In this document: piece after piece, positions 8,391-17,551 of the stretch | Layout of the letters: the number at the start of each line of letters is the position of its first letter | How positions within the stretch are numbered: the stretch's first letter is position 1 | Assembly (NCBI GenBank): GCA_028703445.1 | Contig: JAQVMW010000005.1 | Location: forward strand, 21,666-85,665 | Origin: Candidatus Peribacteraceae bacterium | GTDB lineage: Bacteria; Patescibacteriota; Gracilibacteria; Peribacterales; Peribacteraceae | DNA: 64,000 nucleotides | Direction of reading: 5' to 3' | Program-made: the position numbers and the translations under genes | Notes under the pieces: generated by a model | The model's input: the letters and a program-made list of their open reading frames with translations, nothing else | What the model was told of the DNA's origin: nothing | Database searches by the model: none

Positions 8391-9154
8391 CCCCAAAACA
8401 GAGGACATTCCTCGCCTCTTGCGCATGCTATAGTGACGCCGTGCATATCAGTGTCCCCGATTTCACCATCGCACCGGCTGCCCTGCGACGTCCGTCGTCT
8501 CTTGCGGATGCCTTGCGTGGTCCGTTCTGGCACCGGTTCTTCAATGAAGCGTCCTTAGAGATTTTCGCTGCGGGAGGACTGATCGTCGATATCGGCGGGG
8601 GCCTGCGGCTCGATCCGAACCGGGGAGACCGGGTGAATTCCGATCACCAGAAAACATTCGGCCGTTTTCTGTCGGATCCGCGGGTGCAATACCGCGTCAC
8701 AGACTACACCGGCCAGTACCACCCCGATTTCGTGGAGGATATTCATAAGCTCTCGTTTGCAGATTCCTCCATCGACGGACTCTTCTGCCTGGCCGTGCTG
8801 GAACATGTCTACGATCCCAAGCGGGCTGCGGAAGAAGTGACACGCGTGCTCAAACCGGGTGCCACAGGTCTCCTCTACGTCCCCTTCCTGTACCGCTACC
8901 ACGCTGAGACAACGAAAGATTACCTCGATTACTTCCGCTATTCGAAAGACGGCATCGCCTACCTCTTCAGAGGATGTACAGAAATCGAGATCTGCCCCGT
9001 GCGCGGGCTCTTTGAATCACTCGCCCGCTTCACCCCGCTGCACCGCGTCGGACTGCTCCGCTGGCTACTGCGGTGCGCCGACTGGGGAACGAAGCGCATG
9101 CGGTTTATTTCGGAGCGTCAGACTTCGGGGTACTTCATCCGCATCAGGAAGTAA
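8351..9154 (+). CDS. class I SAM-dependent methyltransferase
   Basis: LIVDIGGG motif I and LKPGATGLLYVP. The 5' end overlaps the tRNA-trailer repeat, so the true start may be the GTG at 8441. Confidence 0.7.
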   Translation: MTLSERAERVSRRAPKQRTFLASCACYSDAVHISVPDFTIAPAALRRPSSLADALRGPFWHRFFNEASLEIFAAGGLIVDIGGGLRLDPNRGDRVNSDHQKTFGRFLSDPRVQYRVTDYTGQYHPDFVEDIHKLSFADSSIDGLFCLAVLEHVYDPKRAAEEVTRVLKPGATGLLYVPFLYRYHAETTKDYLDYFRYSKDGIAYLFRGCTEIEICPVRGLFESLARFTPLHRVGLLRWLLRCADWGTKRMRFISERQTSGYFIRIRK

Positions 9155-9176
9155 TCACCATTTTGCATGTTTCTCT

Positions 9177-9210
9177 CCCGTAGCTGAGGTTCGCGAACCT
9201 CAGCTACGGG
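9177..9210 (+). terminator. perfect 14-bp stem-loop after the methyltransferase gene
   Basis: cccgtagctgaggt tcgcga acctcagctacggg. It is followed by an A-run rather than a T-run, so terminator function is tentative. Confidence 0.45.
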
Positions 9211-9268
9211 CAAAAAATATCCTTTGCCGCTCCTTTCACAGTCCCTCCGCCCCCGCTACCATACGCTC

Positions 9269-9952
9269 ATGTCGGAATTCGGAGGTCCAGAAATCGGAGC
9301 ACCCGGAGAGGGCGCGGCAAGTGGATTCGAAGAGTTGAGCGAAGAGGCTAAACAGCGCTTCGCGGCTGCGGCTGCAGGCATGCAGCAGATCCGCAGAGAG
9401 GAGAAGAAGAGCAAGCGCCGCGACGATCAGGTGGCCAAGGCAATCGTGCAGTTTCTCGATGAAGCCGATCACGCGCACCTCTTCGTATTGGTCTCTCGTC
9501 TGGTTGCACGCGACTGTCCGTCGATCTTCATCCTCGCCATTCTCTCGCTCATTCATCAGGGTTGCCGCGATACGGTAAAGGAGTATCTGGGCGAGATGCT
9601 GAACGAGATCCCCGAACCGGACCTGTCGGCATCGTCTGCCCTCACGAAGAACGGCGCCATCGCCGTTGCAGACGGCCAGATCCTCATCCGCTGGATCACG
9701 CGCCTGCAGACCGTGCTCTCTCTCGATGTCGCCGGGATCCTGCTGAAACTGATGGTCGACGAGAAGCACATCGACGGCACGATCCTGCAGCTGACGACCT
9801 TCGTGCTGCAGGAATTCTTCCATGCCCAGAAGAAAGAAGTCCCCTTCGAGAAGCTCCAGCCGCTCACCGCGAGCATCCTGCAGACCGTGTTCGAGCCGTT
9901 CATTCCCAGCGTGCGAAAGCTCTTACAACAAAAAACAGAAGAGAAAGAGTAG
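9269..9952 (+). CDS. hypothetical protein
   Basis: Long ORF with ATG at 9269 (MSEFGGPEIG). No recognisable motif. Confidence 0.6.
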   Translation: MSEFGGPEIGAPGEGAASGFEELSEEAKQRFAAAAAGMQQIRREEKKSKRRDDQVAKAIVQFLDEADHAHLFVLVSRLVARDCPSIFILAILSLIHQGCRDTVKEYLGEMLNEIPEPDLSASSALTKNGAIAVADGQILIRWITRLQTVLSLDVAGILLKLMVDEKHIDGTILQLTTFVLQEFFHAQKKEVPFEKLQPLTASILQTVFEPFIPSVRKLLQQKTEEKE

Positions 9953-9963
9953 CGGGAAACCTG

Positions 9964-10124
9964 CCTCACCCCTGTAACCCCCTCTCCCCACCAACCCAAC
10001 GCCAACGGGAGAGGGGGCGCACCCTTTCTGGTTATGAGCATTTATTTAAAAGAGAACGTATCCCCCCTCTTCATGAAGAAATCGTGGCAGGGTTGGAGAG
10101 GGGGCTAGGGGGTGAGGCAAAACA
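9964..10124. repeat. GC-rich nested-palindrome element (copy E1)
   Basis: cctcacccc...ccccctctcccc...gggagaggggg...ggagagggggctagggggtgaggcaaaaca. Convergent spacer. Confidence 0.85.
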
Positions 10125-10718
10125 TCAACTCACTGCAAACACAAAATCTTCAAGCTTTGTCTGCTTCGCCCCGTTCACTTCGGCGTACAGGCGCAGACGG
10201 TCCACGGGAATGTCGAACGCTATTCCTTCAAGAGTCTTCATCACCTTCTTCTTCACGATAGTGAACCGCCCCGTAAAGGGGACGTGGTCCCCCACGGGGG
10301 ACTTTACGTCCTGCGGATGAGCGATGCGTGCCAAGGTGATGTGCGGTGCAAATGGACGCCCGTCGGACCACGGGCACGTCTTCTTCACCCGCGCCAGCTC
10401 CTCACTGAAACCGATGGAAAGGAGGAGCACATGATCCTCACCACGATTGCCAAACGTATCCGCACCCGTCACCTTCATCGTGAACGGCGCGTGGAGTGAC
10501 GCAATTTTCTGTGCCTGCTGTACTATGCCCTGATACTCCAACTGCCCGACGCTCGGCCAGAACATGAGCGTCAGATGCGGTGACTGCGGATTCTGGAACC
10601 GGACGATGTCCGCGTAGGGCTTGAGCTCCTCGACAAACGCCTGAAACTGCCACTTGGGCTGCCCCTCGAGCGGGAGTGCGAGGAAGACGGAACGAAGGGG
10701 GAAGGTAAGATTTTGCAT
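10125..10718 (-). CDS. thpR: RNA 2',3'-cyclic phosphodiesterase / 2'-5' RNA ligase family (2H phosphoesterase)
   Basis: Two HxT motifs: PHLTLMF and PHITLARI. Confidence 0.8.
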   Translation of the reverse strand: MQNLTFPLRSVFLALPLEGQPKWQFQAFVEELKPYADIVRFQNPQSPHLTLMFWPSVGQLEYQGIVQQAQKIASLHAPFTMKVTGADTFGNRGEDHVLLLSIGFSEELARVKKTCPWSDGRPFAPHITLARIAHPQDVKSPVGDHVPFTGRFTIVKKKVMKTLEGIAFDIPVDRLRLYAEVNGAKQTKLEDFVFAVS

Positions 10719-10761
10719 CGAAATGCATTGACTGCGCTCACTCCAACTCTACCATAATCTC

Positions 10762-11067
10762 ATGTCAACCCGGCACGAAACCGAAGGCTCTCACGAGCAG
10801 AGACCCAAATCGAATTTTGCGCCGAATGCCCCGTACATCTTCTATGCAGATATCATTGCGCGCAATGGTGTGAACTCTGAGAAAGCTCGCGCTTTTCGGA
10901 AGAAATATGCTCATGATCCTTCCTTCATAAGGGCTATCGAAGTAATTGAGACAGTAATGAGGACCAAAGCTCAGGCAGTGCATCTGACTGCCCTTGATAC
11001 CGACGTTCCCATCGCCCGTACCGGTAGAAGTGTCCCAAGGGAAGTAGGCAAGGATTTCATGTTGTGA
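10762..11067 (+). CDS. hypothetical protein
   Basis: ORF only. The region looks somewhat AT-richer than its surroundings. Confidence 0.4.
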   Translation: MSTRHETEGSHEQRPKSNFAPNAPYIFYADIIARNGVNSEKARAFRKKYAHDPSFIRAIEVIETVMRTKAQAVHLTALDTDVPIARTGRSVPREVGKDFML

Positions 11068-11135
11068 AAGAGCCTAGGAAACGGAGAGAGATCGGATGAG
11101 CAGCGGATTGCATTATTCTATTATTAGTTTACGAT

Positions 11136-11600
11136 ATGCACATGAACCATAAACCCTCCGACCACAGCGACCCATTGAATGACCGCGTGATGAAAGTCTA
11201 TGCACTCCCAATAGATGACCGGGAGACACCCGCGAAAATTGTATCTCTCCGTAGCATCGCACAGCAGCACCAAGCCAGTGTGGAAACATGTGATAAGGGA
11301 GAAGATCAGAAAATCAGAGTCGTCGTGCGCGGCGCGATGCGTGCGGTCGTCACTGCTGTCCACGCAATTCGATCGACGGAGACGCTGAAGGACGTTTTTG
11401 CATCGAAGCTCCTCGGAGACCACTCAGAACGATCATCCGGATCGAATGGTCAGCAACTACCGGCAGAGCCGGTAGCTTTCGGGAAAGCCCCTAGAAGGGG
11501 CTTGTCTGCTTTTCCAACACCTCACATTCTCCCCGATGTATTTGTACAAACCTCTCCTCCCTTCCCCCTCTCCCGGGGAGAGGGGGTGTTTATCTTCTGA
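11136..11600 (+). CDS. hypothetical protein (3' end runs into a repeat element)
   Basis: ORF only. The last ~17 codons (PPFPLSRGEGVFIF) are a translation of repeat E2. Confidence 0.3.
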   Translation: MHMNHKPSDHSDPLNDRVMKVYALPIDDRETPAKIVSLRSIAQQHQASVETCDKGEDQKIRVVVRGAMRAVVTAVHAIRSTETLKDVFASKLLGDHSERSSGSNGQQLPAEPVAFGKAPRRGLSAFPTPHILPDVFVQTSPPFPLSRGEGVFIF

Positions 11601-11656
11601 AGAAAAATACTCCCCCTTTCTCCGCGGGAGAAAGGGGGGCGGAGGGATAGAGGTTT
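11548..11656. repeat. GC-rich nested-palindrome element (copy E2, three-way-junction-like)
   Basis: Outer stem pairs 11548-11561 with 11641-11656. Inner perfect hairpins are 11564-11573/11577-11586 and 11612-11623/11627-11638. Confidence 0.9.
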
Positions 11657-11746
11657 GCGTAAAAAAGCAGGCAATCAGAAACGCCGGAACGGTAGAACCA
11701 GCCGGATTCCCCCGGCAGAGCCGGGGGTTTATTCACGGATTATTAA

Positions 11747-13561
11747 TCAGCGCTTGAGCACACTCAGGAATGCCTCCTGCGTGAGCGTGACCCGGCCCAT
11801 CTGCTTCATGCGCTTCTTTCCCTTCTTCTGCTTCTTCAGGAGCTTCAGCTTTCGCGACACGTCGCCGCCGTACAGGTAGCCCGTCACGTCCTTGCGGTAG
11901 GCAGGCAGCGTCTCGCGCGCAACGATCTTGCCGCCGATGGCCGCCTGAATGGGGATCTGGAACTGCTCTTTGGGGATCACCTCTTTCAGCTTCTTCGCGA
12001 TGATCGCTCCCACTGCATGCGCCTCGCTCCGATGGACGATGGTCGACAGGGCCTCGGCCGGCTCACCAAGCAGCAGGATCTGCAGCTTCACGAGGTCTCC
12101 TGCACGGTACCCGATGGGATCGTAGCTCATGGAACCGTACCCCGAGGTCTGGGATTTGAGCAGATCGAAGAAATCGAGCACGATCGCCTGCAGCGGCATC
12201 TCGAAGTGCAGCAGCGCGCGCTCGGCATCCAGGTACTCGAGCGAGAGGTACACGCCGCGCCGGTCGCTCGTCAGCTTCATCACCGCGCCCACGTCCTGCG
12301 AGCGGCACACCACCTCCAGCTTCACCCACGGTTCGCGCACCTCGGCGATGCACGACGGATCGGGAAAATCCGCGGGATTCGAAATGCGCGCGGTATCCGG
12401 CTCGTCCACCTTGAGCAGGCTGGCACGCACCACCTCCGCCGGACGGCGGACCGCCAACTTCACTTCGTAGAGCACGCTCGGCGCGGTGATGACGAGGTCG
12501 CAATCATGTTCGCGCTCCAGCCGCTCCTGCACGATATCCATGTGGAGGAGTCCGAGAAACCCGCACCGGAACCCGTTACCCAGCGCCGCGTTGTGCTCCG
12601 GCTCGAACTTGAGGGCGGCATCGTTGAGGGCCAGCTTCTCCAGCGCTTCACGCAAATCAGGATAATCGTCTGCCTCCGACGGATAGAGCCCGGCGAAAAC
12701 CATCGGCTGCACCTCCTTGTATCCCGGGAGCGGCTGCGCACCGATCACGGAAGAAACGGTATCTCCCGTACGGACCGACCGGACATCCTTGGACCCCGTG
12801 ACGATGTAGCCGATCTCACCCTCATTCAGAGCGGGATCCGACGCGTACTTGGGTGAAAAGTGCCCCAGATCCAGAACTTCGACAGGGGTTTTCGTCCCAA
12901 GCAGGTGCACCTTGTCCCCCTTCGTGAACATTCCCTCCACCACGCGGACGTACGCCACGGCCCCGCGATAGGGATCCATGACCGCATCGAAGATGAGCGC
13001 GCGGGTGGCACCCGACTGCGAGAATTTCTTCGGGGGCGGAACCAGCTCTACGACGCTGTCCAGGACCTCCGCGACTCCCCTGCCCTCTTTGGCGGAAATA
13101 CGGAGGATCTCCTCCTTCCGGCAGCCGAGGAGTTTGACGACCTCCTCGCTCACCCGCTGCGGATCGGCCGCGGGCAGATCGATCTTGTTGAGCACGGGAA
13201 TGATCGTGAGATCATTTTCGAGTGCCATCGTGAGCACGGCAAGCGTCTGCGCCTGAATGCCCTGCGAGCAGTCGATGAGCAGGATGGCGCCCTCGCAGGC
13301 CACGAGACTGCGGCTGACCTCGTAGCGGAAATCCGTGTGCCCGGGCGTGTCGATCAGGTTCAACTGAATGCCTTTCCATCCCATCCGCACCGGAGTCAAT
13401 TTAATCGTGATGCCGCGCTCGCGCTCCAGATCCATCATGTCGAGGAGCTGCTCTTTCATTTCGCGCTTCTGCAGCGTGCCGGTCATCTCGATCATGCGAT
13501 CGGCCAGCGTCGATTTGCCGTGATCGATATGCGCAATGATGCAAAAGTTTCGTATTTCCAT
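11747..13561 (-). CDS. lepA: translation elongation factor 4
   Basis: MEIRNFCIIAHIDHGKSTLADR, DTPGHTDF and NKIDL GTPase motifs, plus a LepA-type C-terminus. ATG at 13561 chosen over the longer ORF. Confidence 0.95.
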   Translation of the reverse strand: MEIRNFCIIAHIDHGKSTLADRMIEMTGTLQKREMKEQLLDMMDLERERGITIKLTPVRMGWKGIQLNLIDTPGHTDFRYEVSRSLVACEGAILLIDCSQGIQAQTLAVLTMALENDLTIIPVLNKIDLPAADPQRVSEEVVKLLGCRKEEILRISAKEGRGVAEVLDSVVELVPPPKKFSQSGATRALIFDAVMDPYRGAVAYVRVVEGMFTKGDKVHLLGTKTPVEVLDLGHFSPKYASDPALNEGEIGYIVTGSKDVRSVRTGDTVSSVIGAQPLPGYKEVQPMVFAGLYPSEADDYPDLREALEKLALNDAALKFEPEHNAALGNGFRCGFLGLLHMDIVQERLEREHDCDLVITAPSVLYEVKLAVRRPAEVVRASLLKVDEPDTARISNPADFPDPSCIAEVREPWVKLEVVCRSQDVGAVMKLTSDRRGVYLSLEYLDAERALLHFEMPLQAIVLDFFDLLKSQTSGYGSMSYDPIGYRAGDLVKLQILLLGEPAEALSTIVHRSEAHAVGAIIAKKLKEVIPKEQFQIPIQAAIGGKIVARETLPAYRKDVTGYLYGGDVSRKLKLLKKQKKGKKRMKQMGRVTLTQEAFLSVLKR

Positions 13562-13691
13562 AAGATGTTTACCCGCCGTAACGGGAGCGAAGCGAACGCG
13601 AAGGTGGGCAGAAATTGCGGATTTCCATAAACCAATAGACGACCCACACCATAACAAATTCCGCTCTCCGAAGACACCGTTCGACCGCTAT

Positions 13692-16469
13692 TTACTTCTG
13701 ATTTCTTTCGAGAAACTCCGCAGCATCCTCCAGGAGCTTCTGATACTCCGCTTGCAAATCGTCAGAGCGCGACAGATCCGGCCCGCGAGGAATCACCATC
13801 TCTTTACGTCCTCCTTTCCGCCGATTGCCCATCGCATGCATATCATCAAGCAACCGCATCTGTTCCTCATACTTCATGCCCCGCTGACGCGCCTCGTCAA
13901 TATTTCTGCGATCAATCCCGACGTTCCCCTCCGGCCCGTCCGTATCGGTGATGAGATAATCGGTAATCGGAAGAAGCCGCTCATAGCGCATCTTGCCCTG
14001 TCGTGCGGATTTGCGAACGCGCTCGCAGCGATCTTGAAGTTCCTCAGTTTCAGCTATTTCTGGCAAAAGACCCTTTTGCTTTCTCTTTTCGATCTCCTGC
14101 GCAAGACGCGCAGCTCCATCCTCCATAACCAAACACTGCAAACGATACTCAAGATAGACCACCTCCTTGTCATGACGTGGTGCTTGGATAGCGGTGATCT
14201 CTTTGTTATTCCACATCTCCAATGCAGTTTGAATACCATCAAATTCTCTCAGAGGCTGCAGCCGAGCGTCGCGCAGCATCACCCTTCGAAGATCTGCAGT
14301 GACAAGCACAATGCCAAGAGGACCGAGAACTTTTCCTACGCGCGACGTTCTCGATGAGCCTTCGGCAACCTTCTCTGCCGTTGAGACTGCCGGAGTCGAA
14401 GGTTTGACCGAAGGTTTCGCTGCAGACTTGATACGCAATCCGCTCTCCTCCCCCAGAGCATCTGCGAATTTCTTCACCTGACGCGCTCCCCACTTTGTCC
14501 CCTGCCATAATCCGCTCCCAACGGCACGCGCGGCCTTGCCGCCCACTTTCATGACGATAACAGTCCCTCCAATCGCAACGAGGACAAGGCCAAACGCCGC
14601 AAGAATCAGAAGCCAATTGCTGAGAGTACCAAAGCGCTTGCCAAGGATGTTGCAGGCACGACCGACATCGATGTGCACGTCGATGTTCTTGTTCACGCCG
14701 TGCAGAAATTCCGCATACTCGCCCATGAAGCCGGAGGGCGGCTGATCTGCGCCAAAATCTCCGTGAAGCTGGCGCATGAGCATCAGATACACCGTTGCTT
14801 CGCCATGTGCGCCAATGAGCGCGTTGATGTTTGAAGCCGTCACACGCTCCTCGGAGAGAACCGCCTGACCCTGCTCATCGAACTTTACGGTCTCCAACGT
14901 TGCGGCGGAGGGCGGTTTGAGGCTCTGCAAGAGGACAATGGACGTGCGGAAGTTCTGCACCTTGGTGCGATCGAATTTCTCGATGAGGTCAAGAATGCTC
15001 GTGGCCTTCTGTTGCACGCGCTGCTTTTCCGCATCCGTGAGCTCCTCCCAGCGCTCTTTGCCGGCCGGCCACCCCAGCGCTTCATCCAGAGGTTCGGTCA
15101 GGGCATCCTTCGCCGCCTCCTTCATTCCAAACTTCTCGGGCGCGGCGAAAGTGAAGAAATCCGCCAGCCGATGGATCACCTTCCGCACCGCCTCGCGGCC
15201 ATTCTTGTTCCAGAGATCCTCCATCTCCTCCTTGAGTCCCGGATCGAGCATGTCCTTCTCCACCTTCTCGAGAAAGTTATTCATCTGCCCGAGATGATGC
15301 GCCTTGCGCATCTCCATGTTCTTCGCAATGGCATCGCGAATTTCCGGAGGCGTGGTGAGCGGACTTAAGCCCACGACTCCTTCGAAGCTGTATTTCTTTC
15401 CGAATTGTTCCTGAATGGCAGCGAGTTCCGTCTGGGCAATGTTGTACTCACCCAGATCCTGCGTGAGAGAGAGAATCTGATCCGTGACATCGCGGCGTTT
15501 CTCGCCGAGAGCTTTGAATTGGGCATCCACTGACTGGACGCGGGCCTGCAATACGTCGTAGCGGCTCTTGTCTTCAACGGTGAATTCCCCTTTCCCCTGT
15601 TCGGCAAGCTTGGACTTGAGCTCAAGACGATCCATCTCCGTACGCGTAGCGGTGAGAGAGGGATCGCGGGCAATCTCATTCTGTTGGTCCAACAGGTTCT
15701 TGTATCGATACTTCAAAAAGTCCAACACCATCCTCTTGGGCACGTATCCCGCCTCAATTCCCTGAAGTCCATGCTCGCCGCCCAAAATATCGATGATGCG
15801 TTGATTGAGCTGGTTGGCACGGATGAGCTTCTGATCGTCACTGCCGTTCAACGCGGCACGGCTCGCAGAAGCGAGTTCACGAACGTACTGCTCACGCAAT
15901 CGCAGGGATGCCTCTCGGTTTCCGAATCCCTCGGCGATCTGCTGATCCAGAAGCAGGACATTCGAAAATGCCACACGTTCCTGTGTTGCCTCCTGAAGAG
16001 CACCGACGTACCTCTCTGTGTCCGCTTCTTTCTGCAGGATTCCCTGCGGAACGACAGAGACGCCTGCGCGCAATTTTTCGTACATCCGCAGAACGGAGAG
16101 CACGTGATCCTGTGCCTCGCGGAAATATTCGTGGTAGGCAACAGCCTGATCCGCCACGATCAATTCCTGCAATTTAACCGTATCCAAAGGCTTACCGTCA
16201 TTTTTTTCCTGCTGCAGATCTTTCAGGCGTTGCAGTGCCGCCCGGCGGTACAGAAGCTCGTTGTAGCGGGTCTGCTCGTTGTAGGTGTCGACTCGCTGGT
16301 CTTTGACGATATCCTTGAGTTCCTGCTCAATCCACCGTTCCGTGATTTCTGCAGGCAACGGCTTCACCCGCGGCCCCAATGTTTTTTCGAGAGCGTCGAG
16401 TTCCCCACCGAAAAGAGGGCCTCGCTCACCGCTCTCAGCAACGCCGACGGATGGTTTTTCTGCAGGCAC
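13692..16469 (-). CDS. large coiled-coil-rich membrane-anchored hypothetical protein (925 aa)
   Basis: GTG start. Hydrophobic segment LLILAAFGLVLVAIGGTVIVMKV at about residue 620. No catalytic motif recognised. Confidence 0.75.
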   Translation of the reverse strand: MPAEKPSVGVAESGERGPLFGGELDALEKTLGPRVKPLPAEITERWIEQELKDIVKDQRVDTYNEQTRYNELLYRRAALQRLKDLQQEKNDGKPLDTVKLQELIVADQAVAYHEYFREAQDHVLSVLRMYEKLRAGVSVVPQGILQKEADTERYVGALQEATQERVAFSNVLLLDQQIAEGFGNREASLRLREQYVRELASASRAALNGSDDQKLIRANQLNQRIIDILGGEHGLQGIEAGYVPKRMVLDFLKYRYKNLLDQQNEIARDPSLTATRTEMDRLELKSKLAEQGKGEFTVEDKSRYDVLQARVQSVDAQFKALGEKRRDVTDQILSLTQDLGEYNIAQTELAAIQEQFGKKYSFEGVVGLSPLTTPPEIRDAIAKNMEMRKAHHLGQMNNFLEKVEKDMLDPGLKEEMEDLWNKNGREAVRKVIHRLADFFTFAAPEKFGMKEAAKDALTEPLDEALGWPAGKERWEELTDAEKQRVQQKATSILDLIEKFDRTKVQNFRTSIVLLQSLKPPSAATLETVKFDEQGQAVLSEERVTASNINALIGAHGEATVYLMLMRQLHGDFGADQPPSGFMGEYAEFLHGVNKNIDVHIDVGRACNILGKRFGTLSNWLLILAAFGLVLVAIGGTVIVMKVGGKAARAVGSGLWQGTKWGARQVKKFADALGEESGLRIKSAAKPSVKPSTPAVSTAEKVAEGSSRTSRVGKVLGPLGIVLVTADLRRVMLRDARLQPLREFDGIQTALEMWNNKEITAIQAPRHDKEVVYLEYRLQCLVMEDGAARLAQEIEKRKQKGLLPEIAETEELQDRCERVRKSARQGKMRYERLLPITDYLITDTDGPEGNVGIDRRNIDEARQRGMKYEEQMRLLDDMHAMGNRRKGGRKEMVIPRGPDLSRSDDLQAEYQKLLEDAAEFLERNQK

Positions 16470-16505
16470 TGGTGTGTTTGTGTATGTAAGACTGTCAACA
16501 AGTCG

Positions 16506-17129
16506 TTAGATTGGTTTACCTGCTCCCGGAATCGGGTTGGCAGGCGGCGGGATGCCAAGCTCCCCTGCTCCGGGAGGAAGAGGCGTGACAGGAACCGGAG
16601 GCATCATTTCTCCTGCGGCATCGGCGGCTCCGAACATTTTTCCAAGCCCGAGCCGCGTCGCGACCAATTCCAGATTTCCCGTTGCATACAGCGTCAGTGC
16701 GGCACCCCCGGCAATGAGTGCCAAAATGAGAATCGCCGTCACAAAGGGATGACGTCCTCCGAAGCTCTTCATCTTCTCCCATGCCCTCTTGAAGAGACCT
16801 TTTTTTTCGGGCGACTGGACATCCTGCAGATAACGCTCCTTCTGGTGCAACACTTCCCCTGCAAGCTCCAGCTGCTCTCGTAGCAGGGCCGGATTGAACA
16901 AAGGATCAATCTTCAACAGATCCTGCTGATGCTCCATAAGCTTCTGATAGATCATCTGCCGTCCCTCAACGCTCTGGAGCGCGGAAGCCACTTCTTGGAT
17001 GTTCATCTCGAGGTACTGCGAAAGCCTCTCCGGAGTGGGAACAAATTTCGAAGCAACTTCTCTGCGGTTTCTGCCCTGATTGCGGTCATCAGAGGTGGCA
17101 TCGGCCAGTGGTGCGCTCGATCGAGACAT
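16506..17129 (-). CDS. hypothetical single-pass membrane protein with Pro/Gly-rich C-terminus
   Basis: TM helix FVTAILILALIAGGAALTLYA. Its start shares one nt with the upstream stop (TGATG). Confidence 0.65.
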   Translation of the reverse strand: MSRSSAPLADATSDDRNQGRNRREVASKFVPTPERLSQYLEMNIQEVASALQSVEGRQMIYQKLMEHQQDLLKIDPLFNPALLREQLELAGEVLHQKERYLQDVQSPEKKGLFKRAWEKMKSFGGRHPFVTAILILALIAGGAALTLYATGNLELVATRLGLGKMFGAADAAGEMMPPVPVTPLPPGAGELGIPPPANPIPGAGKPI

Positions 17130-17551
17130 CAGCGGGTGGAAGATGGATGCATTGCAGAGATGAGGGAATGGCGCACAAAGGCAATTGCCTGAACCGCTTC
17201 CAGTTCATCGTCCGTCTGAACTTTGGGAAGCAGCATGCCCAGAATTTTCGTGAGAGAAACCGGACCCAGGGCAAAACAAAGTTCCGCCAGATCGGCGTCA
17301 CTCACGTTCTTGAGAGTGGTCGTGCTCATCAATGCGACGATGGCATCCACATCGTTCAGAGTGCTGCCACACTTCACAAACGCGAGCAGAGTCGGATCAT
17401 GCAGATGCAAAAGTTGCAAACGCATGGCGCGGTGAGCGGCATCATCGCGAATATCTCCGTGCTCCAGTTCAACCTCCCACCCATCCCTGAGTTTGGCAGA
17501 CAGAGCCTCAAACGCCTTCTGTTCCTCGGCAGTCAGGAAAAGTACATTCAC
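17129..17551 (-). CDS. hypothetical protein (140 aa)
   Basis: ORF with a 4-nt overlap with the upstream pyruvyl transferase gene. Confidence 0.65.
   Translation of the reverse strand: MNVLFLTAEEQKAFEALSAKLRDGWEVELEHGDIRDDAAHRAMRLQLLHLHDPTLLAFVKCGSTLNDVDAIVALMSTTTLKNVSDADLAELCFALGPVSLTKILGMLLPKVQTDDELEAVQAIAFVRHSLISAMHPSSTR

Noticed and set aside
9964-11656. The repeated GC-rich elements as a CRISPR array.
   Set aside because: The copies are kilobases apart and are internally palindromic with variable length. They are not regularly spaced identical repeats with unique spacers, and no cas genes are present.
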